DNA from: an uncultured bacterium
GTDB lineage: Bacteria > Patescibacteriota > Minisyncoccia > Phycocordibacterales > UBA918
Direction of reading: 5' to 3'
Length of the DNA stretch: 64,000 nt
Assembly (NCBI GenBank): GCA_965652925.1
Contig: CBFGXL010000004.1
Span: 358 to 64,357, forward strand
Part shown: piece by piece, positions 59,851 through 64,000 of the stretch
How positions within the stretch are numbered: the stretch's first letter is position 1
Layout: every line of letters begins with the position of its first letter
Made by a program: the position numbers and the translations under genes
The notes under the pieces: model-generated
Told to the model about the DNA's origin: nothing
Seen by the model: the letters and a program-made list of their open reading frames with translations, nothing else
Databases searched by the model: none

Positions 59851-60273
59851 CTAAATCATTTTTCGATAATACTTCGTATCTCGTTCTTCATATCCTCTTT
59901 TTATATAGAGTGGCTGCACCGTAGGACGTGAGCATGTAAGTGCTATCTCATCTGCCCCCCACTGCCGTGCCTTCTTTTCGAGGGCCTCCATGATGGTCGT
60001 AAAATACCCACGACCGCGATACGATTCATCCACGACAATGTTGTTGATATAAGCGGTAATGTGTACCGGGTGCGTGAGGTAGCCAACCACCCCCAACCCT
60101 CGTAGGTGTCCGGCCTCAACAAGCCCAAGCATGTACGTCTGTTCGTCAGTGGCGGTGCGGCGCAAGAGATCCTCGTTCGGTGCTTCCCCTAGCTTTATGA
60201 GTTGCTTCTGCAAAGAAAGGCAGTCTTGCATTACGGAGTCGATATTTGTCTCAGTTATCTCAATGAGTTCCAT
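59851..60273 (-). CDS. GNAT family N-acetyltransferase
   Basis: [17 protein letters not shown]; start MELIEI. Confidence 0.88.
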   Translation of the reverse strand: MELIEITETNIDSVMQDCLSLQKQLIKLGEAPNEDLLRRTATDEQTYMLGLVEAGHLRGLGVVGYLTHPVHITAYINNIVVDESYRGRGYFTTIMEALEKKARQWGADEIALTCSRPTVQPLYIKRGYEERDTKYYRKMI

Positions 60274-60332
60274 GCACAGTAGTCTAACAAAGCCGCCATG
60301 ATTGCGGAAGCAATCATGGCGGCTTTCAATCA

Positions 60333-60683
60333 CAGGATTGGTCACGAGTTACTAAGCAAATTGTCGCAAGCTCCATTTTGCTAAGTACTCGCGACCCCGC
60401 CTCGCTCGTAAACATCGCTTCGGCCTTCAATCCTGAACAGAAGCGAATCAGTTCGCTTCTTTCATTGTCTTGCAGCAAAATTGCCCAGCACTATGCTGGG
60501 CAATTTTGCTGCTGAGCCAATGATCAGGATTGAAACTTACAGTTTCTGTATACCTTTTGGCTATTTCTGTTCGCTAGCTCCAGAAATAGCACAAAAGCTT
60601 TTCAATCCTGCTCCTTTTACTGCGTAAAAGTTGCGCACATTGGCTCATATACAAAAGACCCCGAAAAGGGGTCCTTGGATATG
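60333..60683 (-). repeat. Two tandem tRNA-trailer elements (module C, then module A) of tRNA-Thr(GGT)
   Basis: 22-bp exact direct repeat of the tRNA 3' end at 60513-60534; anti-T copies at 60601 and 60426; TGTAA hairpin 60532-60546; module A 60340-60400. Confidence 0.88.
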
Positions 60684-60756
60684 AGCCAATGATCAGGATT
60701 GAACTGATGACCTCGCCCTTACCATGGGCGTGCTCTACCAACTGAGCTACATTGGC
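60684..60756 (-). tRNA. tRNA-Thr (GGT)
   Basis: Cloverleaf; CGCCC-ATGGTAA-GGGCG. Confidence 0.93.
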
Positions 60757-60762
60757 AAATGA

Positions 60763-60896
60763 GGTCACCCCAGGGGAGAGCGGTCGCAAGACCACGATGA
60801 TCCTGGCTCATTTCCGAACAAAATCGCATTGTCGGGTTACCTGGGGTGACCATTGCCGGCATGTGGGAGGTGGAACTCCACAACAACGAAGCCGGC
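60763..60896 (-). ncRNA. Candidate cloverleaf-like structured RNA or leader upstream of tRNA-Thr(GGT)
   Basis: Perfect 12-bp stem 60763-60774/60840-60851 enclosing three hairpins; preceded by a GCCGGC stem-loop and TG-G-TATTCT. Confidence 0.5.
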
Positions 60897-60958
60897 GCAA
60901 GCAGAATACCAAATAATGGATTGAAAACAAAGTACTCATGTACTAGGATAGAGGCCAC

Positions 60959-61031
60959 GCCACCTTAGCTCAGTTGGTAGAGCATTGCATTCGTAACGCA
61001 AAGGTCCGCAGTTCGATCCTGCGAGGTGGCT
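60959..61031 (+). tRNA. tRNA-Thr (CGT)
   Basis: Cloverleaf; anticodon loop TTCGTAA; T-loop TTCGATC. Confidence 0.92.
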
Positions 61032-61036
61032 CCGTT

Positions 61037-61330
61037 ATGAAAAAATTTGCTATTGCCACACTCATACTAAGTATCATCGTTGCTATTCTTCCTCTTGTAA
61101 GCATGTTCGTTGCAGGTTTTTTTGCACACATATTCGGATGTACCCTCAATGAGGCTGATGTCTCTGTTTGCCCAACGGTGTTTGGCGATATTGGCGGGAT
61201 GCTATCGCTAATGGCTCTTTTTGGATGGCTTGTTTTTTACACAGTACCGCTCGGATGCGCCGGCATACTCATAAGTATTCTCTTCTTCACCATCAGCGCT
61301 TTCAAAGCAAAGAAAGACCCCACTGTATAA
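61037..61330 (+). CDS. Hypothetical two-TM protein with a Cys pair in the loop
   Basis: GCTLNEADVSVC...GDIG; starts 5 nt after the tRNA. Confidence 0.7.
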   Translation: MKKFAIATLILSIIVAILPLVSMFVAGFFAHIFGCTLNEADVSVCPTVFGDIGGMLSLMALFGWLVFYTVPLGCAGILISILFFTISAFKAKKDPTV

Positions 61331-61331
61331 A

Positions 61332-61715
61332 CTAGAGTAATTTCCCCCGTTTAAATTCTTCCTGCGCGACCTCATCCTCATCCATGCCGAAGTGATGAGC
61401 AACTTCGTGCCACACAGTGTTCTCCACGCACTGCCGTATATCCTCCGGGTCGCTGTAGGTATCGAGTATGGCTTTTTTGAAGATGGTGATCTTATCTGGG
61501 AGCATCGGGAAATCTTCTAATCCCCGCTCCGTTTGCGGCACGCCCTCGTAGAGTCCGAACAATACCTCTCCCCTTTTTATATTGTTCTCCCTCCTTTGTA
61601 TTGGAGTCGGTTTATCCGCTATGACTATAGCGACATTACGCATCTGCCTTTTTATACCCTCGCGCAATGCATCAATACCTCCATCAACAAGTTTTAGAAA
61701 GTCTTCGTCACTCAT
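61332..61715 (-). CDS. Zincin_1 family metallopeptidase
   Basis: GLYEGVP, PDKITIF, HEVAHHFG. Confidence 0.9.
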   Translation of the reverse strand: MSDEDFLKLVDGGIDALREGIKRQMRNVAIVIADKPTPIQRRENNIKRGEVLFGLYEGVPQTERGLEDFPMLPDKITIFKKAILDTYSDPEDIRQCVENTVWHEVAHHFGMDEDEVAQEEFKRGKLL

Positions 61716-62316
61716 GTTTTTTGCTGCGATTAAACAGGTACAGAAAAGCGATTCCGAGCAGTGCGCCGCTGAAGTTGAAAATAAGGTCGAGCATTGCATT
61801 CTCGTAGCCGCCAACGCCATTACGCTCAAGGGAGATTGCGATGAGGAATTCCATGATCTCATTCATAGCAGAAACTCCCATTGATGCCATCAGTGCAATA
61901 AGTATGATGATCCACGAAGGGCCCGAGACTTTAAGCGTGGAGCGCAGCACGTGATGAAAGACAACTGCCATCACTCCATAGAGGTACGCATGCACAATTT
62001 GATCATATTTAAGGATATAGAATTCACCACCATAGTCTATAAACGGATAGATCCGATACGCGAAAAGGACGCCATCTTGGGTCTGCACTGAACCGCCAAG
62101 TATGTGCAAAAGTCCCCAGAAACTCACGAGCCACAGGATGAAGACAGGAAATTTGGTTATACGGAGCGTACCAAACAAAAGCGTGAATGCTGCCGCGATA
62201 ACAACCACATAGATAACAAACTCGAAGTTAAAGTCTTGGAGGAAATATATGCCGCCAAGCAAAAGATACGCCAGACTGAAAGCCAAAACGCCCCGCGGGG
62301 AATTGATGAATTGCAT
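61708..62316 (-). CDS. DUF2238 (YjdF-like) membrane protein
   Basis: HILGG, YDQIVH, NEIMEF, DLIFNFSGA. Confidence 0.8.
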   Translation of the reverse strand: MQFINSPRGVLAFSLAYLLLGGIYFLQDFNFEFVIYVVVIAAAFTLLFGTLRITKFPVFILWLVSFWGLLHILGGSVQTQDGVLFAYRIYPFIDYGGEFYILKYDQIVHAYLYGVMAVVFHHVLRSTLKVSGPSWIIILIALMASMGVSAMNEIMEFLIAISLERNGVGGYENAMLDLIFNFSGALLGIAFLYLFNRSKKHE

Positions 62317-62470
62317 ACCCCACCATTGTAGCAAAGGACAATTGCAAATATTGAGCAAAACCGCTATACTCTGCGCACTCGCAAGTAAAGCGATTCTGCG
62401 GTGGTAAGCAAAGCTTGCCCCTGCTGCGTTCGGACAAAATATGAGCTAGCTCCTATTTTGCTCCTCACTT

Positions 62471-62544
62471 GCGGTGGTAGCTCAACTGGTTAGAGCACCC
62501 GCCTGTCACGCGGGAGGTTGCGGGTTCAAGTCCCGTCTACCGCG
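62471..62544 (+). tRNA. tRNA-Asp (GTC)
   Basis: Cloverleaf; CCCGC-CTGTCAC-GCGGG. Confidence 0.95.
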
Positions 62545-62677
62545 CAGTATACATAAAGGCCGGCTTTATAGCCGGTCTTTATGTATACTACACCTGAGGG
62601 ACTTGAAGAGGTTGCCTGCAATTTTGAAGCATGAAAAATTGCGACAACCTGTACCGATCCTGTAAGGATCAAGTCCC
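62545..62677 (+). repeat. tRNA-trailer element (module C) of tRNA-Asp
   Basis: Hairpin; GGGACTTGAA (62598-62607) is the reverse complement of the T-arm; GATCC-TGTAA-GGATC; closing TCAAGTCCC. Confidence 0.85.
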
Positions 62678-62724
62678 TTTTTCCATTTGAAAGAAAGTGC
62701 CAAATATAGTAGTCTGTTGCTCAC

Positions 62725-62801
62725 GTCGATGTAGCTCAGTTGGTTAGAGCATCTCACTCATAAAGAGAAGGTCGCAGGTTCAATTCCCGCCATCGACACC
62801 A
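62725..62801 (+). tRNA. tRNA with CAT anticodon (elongator Met or Ile2)
   Basis: Cloverleaf, loop CTCATAA, encoded CCA; G1-C72 paired and no GGG/CCC anticodon stem, so not the initiator. Confidence 0.9.
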
Positions 62802-62828
62802 ATACAAAAAGCCCCGCGAGGGCTTTTT

Positions 62829-63524
62829 TTAATCAATCTGTGTAGGACACAGTACCGCCTCTGCCTCAGTGATATGTTCCGGGTAGCCGATGGGGAGCCA
62901 CTGCGTCTGTTCGACGATCTCAACCTTGTGATCCTGTGCATACGCATTGAGCATATCAGTTACATAGAGCTCCCCGCTTGGTGAAACCGGCACCTTATAC
63001 TGGAAAATAGATGTGTCGATGACAAACCCGCCGATATTAACGAGATCGGACTTCGGGTGTTCAGGCTTCTCAACAATTTCCCGAAGCGAACCGTCCTCAT
63101 TCTGCTCAAGCACGCCAAAGCGTTCTGGTGTCTTCGAACGCATACCGAGCATGGCATGATCTTTCTTCACCACATCCTCAAGCGCATCCTTGCCATGGAT
63201 ATCATCGGCGTACATAAAGAGGAACTTTCCGCGGAGAATGTTTTTTGCGCACAAAAGCGCGTCGCCGGTTCCGCCGGCAAAATCCTCCTGAAAGACATAG
63301 CTCACTTTTCGGCCAGCATACTCTTCCTTGCAGAAGTCCATGATCTGCTCTTTGAGGTATCCGACCACAAGAACAAGCTCATCGACCTCTGGTGGTAGCG
63401 CCTCGATGATGTGCTGCAAGATCGGCTTTCCGCATACTTTGATCAAAGGTTTTGGTGTAGTCTCAGTCAGCGGCCGCATCCTCGTCCCCTTCCCTGCGCA
63501 AATGATGACGCATTGCATAGGCAC
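62829..63524 (-). CDS. Sugar-phosphate nucleotidyltransferase
   Basis: AGKGTRMRPLT...PKPL, GTGDA, IVEKP. Confidence 0.9.
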   Translation of the reverse strand: MPMQCVIICAGKGTRMRPLTETTPKPLIKVCGKPILQHIIEALPPEVDELVLVVGYLKEQIMDFCKEEYAGRKVSYVFQEDFAGGTGDALLCAKNILRGKFLFMYADDIHGKDALEDVVKKDHAMLGMRSKTPERFGVLEQNEDGSLREIVEKPEHPKSDLVNIGGFVIDTSIFQYKVPVSPSGELYVTDMLNAYAQDHKVEIVEQTQWLPIGYPEHITEAEAVLCPTQID

Positions 63525-63531
63525 AGTCTAT

Positions 63532-64000
63532 TTAGACCTCCATCTGAGGTACCGTATCAATATTAAAAAGCGCGTTGGCTTTCTCAACGTCCTCAGGAGT
63601 TGCAATTGGTATCCACTTACTCTGCTCAACAACCGCAATTGGGTATTCCTGCGCATAGCGCTCAATAACCTCAGTGAGATAGTATTCCTCTTTTACTGGT
63701 GTTTGCGGCTCAAACTTGAAAATATGTTCATCAAGCACCATAGCGCCTGTTGATGCACAGTTGCTTGGCGCATGTTCTGGCTTCTCGATCATAAGGCCGA
63801 GCGTCCCGTCAGGGTTGCGGACTACAATCCCAAATTTCTCTGGATTAGCAACTGAAGCAACCAAAAGAGATCGTGTAAAAGAAGTCGCGCGCGCGAGGTC
63901 TTCTTTGCCATGGATATCATCGGCAAACAAAAACAGAAAACGGCCTTTGATAAGGTCCTTGCACAGCCAGAGCGCTTTAGCAGTACCATTCTGCTCCTCC
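63532..64000 (-). CDS. Second sugar-phosphate nucleotidyltransferase (5' end outside the window)
   Basis: GTAKAL, FADDIHG, FGIV, IEKP, EYYLTE; paralog of the adjacent gene. Confidence 0.85.
   Translation of the reverse strand, partial: EEQNGTAKALWLCKDLIKGRFLFLFADDIHGKEDLARATSFTRSLLVASVANPEKFGIVVRNPDGTLGLMIEKPEHAPSNCASTGAMVLDEHIFKFEPQTPVKEEYYLTEVIERYAQEYPIAVVEQSKWIPIATPEDVEKANALFNIDTVPQMEV

Noticed and set aside
60763-60896. SRP RNA, 5S rRNA or tRNA-Sec
   Set aside because: No SRP domain IV loop, no 5S conserved blocks, and no TCA anticodon or T-loop.
204-63524. Alternative genetic code (TGA read as Gly)
   Set aside because: Conserved genes are full length under code 11, and TGA ends genes at expected positions (gtrA, FtsB-like, glmS neighbours).

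Overview
Core chromosomal segment of a Patescibacteria (CPR) genome, most likely Parcubacteria. This is inferred from the compact housekeeping gene set, shortened RF2 and ValS, a degenerate HisS paralog, scarce Shine-Dalgarno sites and standard genetic code. It carries translation, cell-division and envelope genes (rpsA, pth, lepB, rpsU, ybeY, ftsA, ftsZ, glmS, tsaC, tsaD, valS, lepA, murJ, rlmB, pyrG, ftsEX, prfB), RNase P RNA and nine tRNA genes. No CRISPR array, transposase or integrase is visible. The most striking signal is non-coding. Six tRNA genes are followed by a trailer containing an antisense copy of that tRNA's own T-arm/acceptor end, and a seventh trailer lies displaced from tRNA-Glu. 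Except in the truncated Arg case, the trailer continues with one or more of three recurring hairpin modules and a short sense copy of the same T-arm, so its closing stem is customised to each host tRNA. One module also sits in the anticodon loop of a partial tRNA-Gln duplicate. Other candidates are a ~380-nt promoter- and terminator-bounded structured RNA (52.2-52.6 kb), a cloverleaf-like RNA upstream of tRNA-Thr(GGT), widespread leaderless gene starts and an exact 306-bp in-frame duplication in a GT-C glycosyltransferase. All structures were read by eye and no folding or database searches were run.
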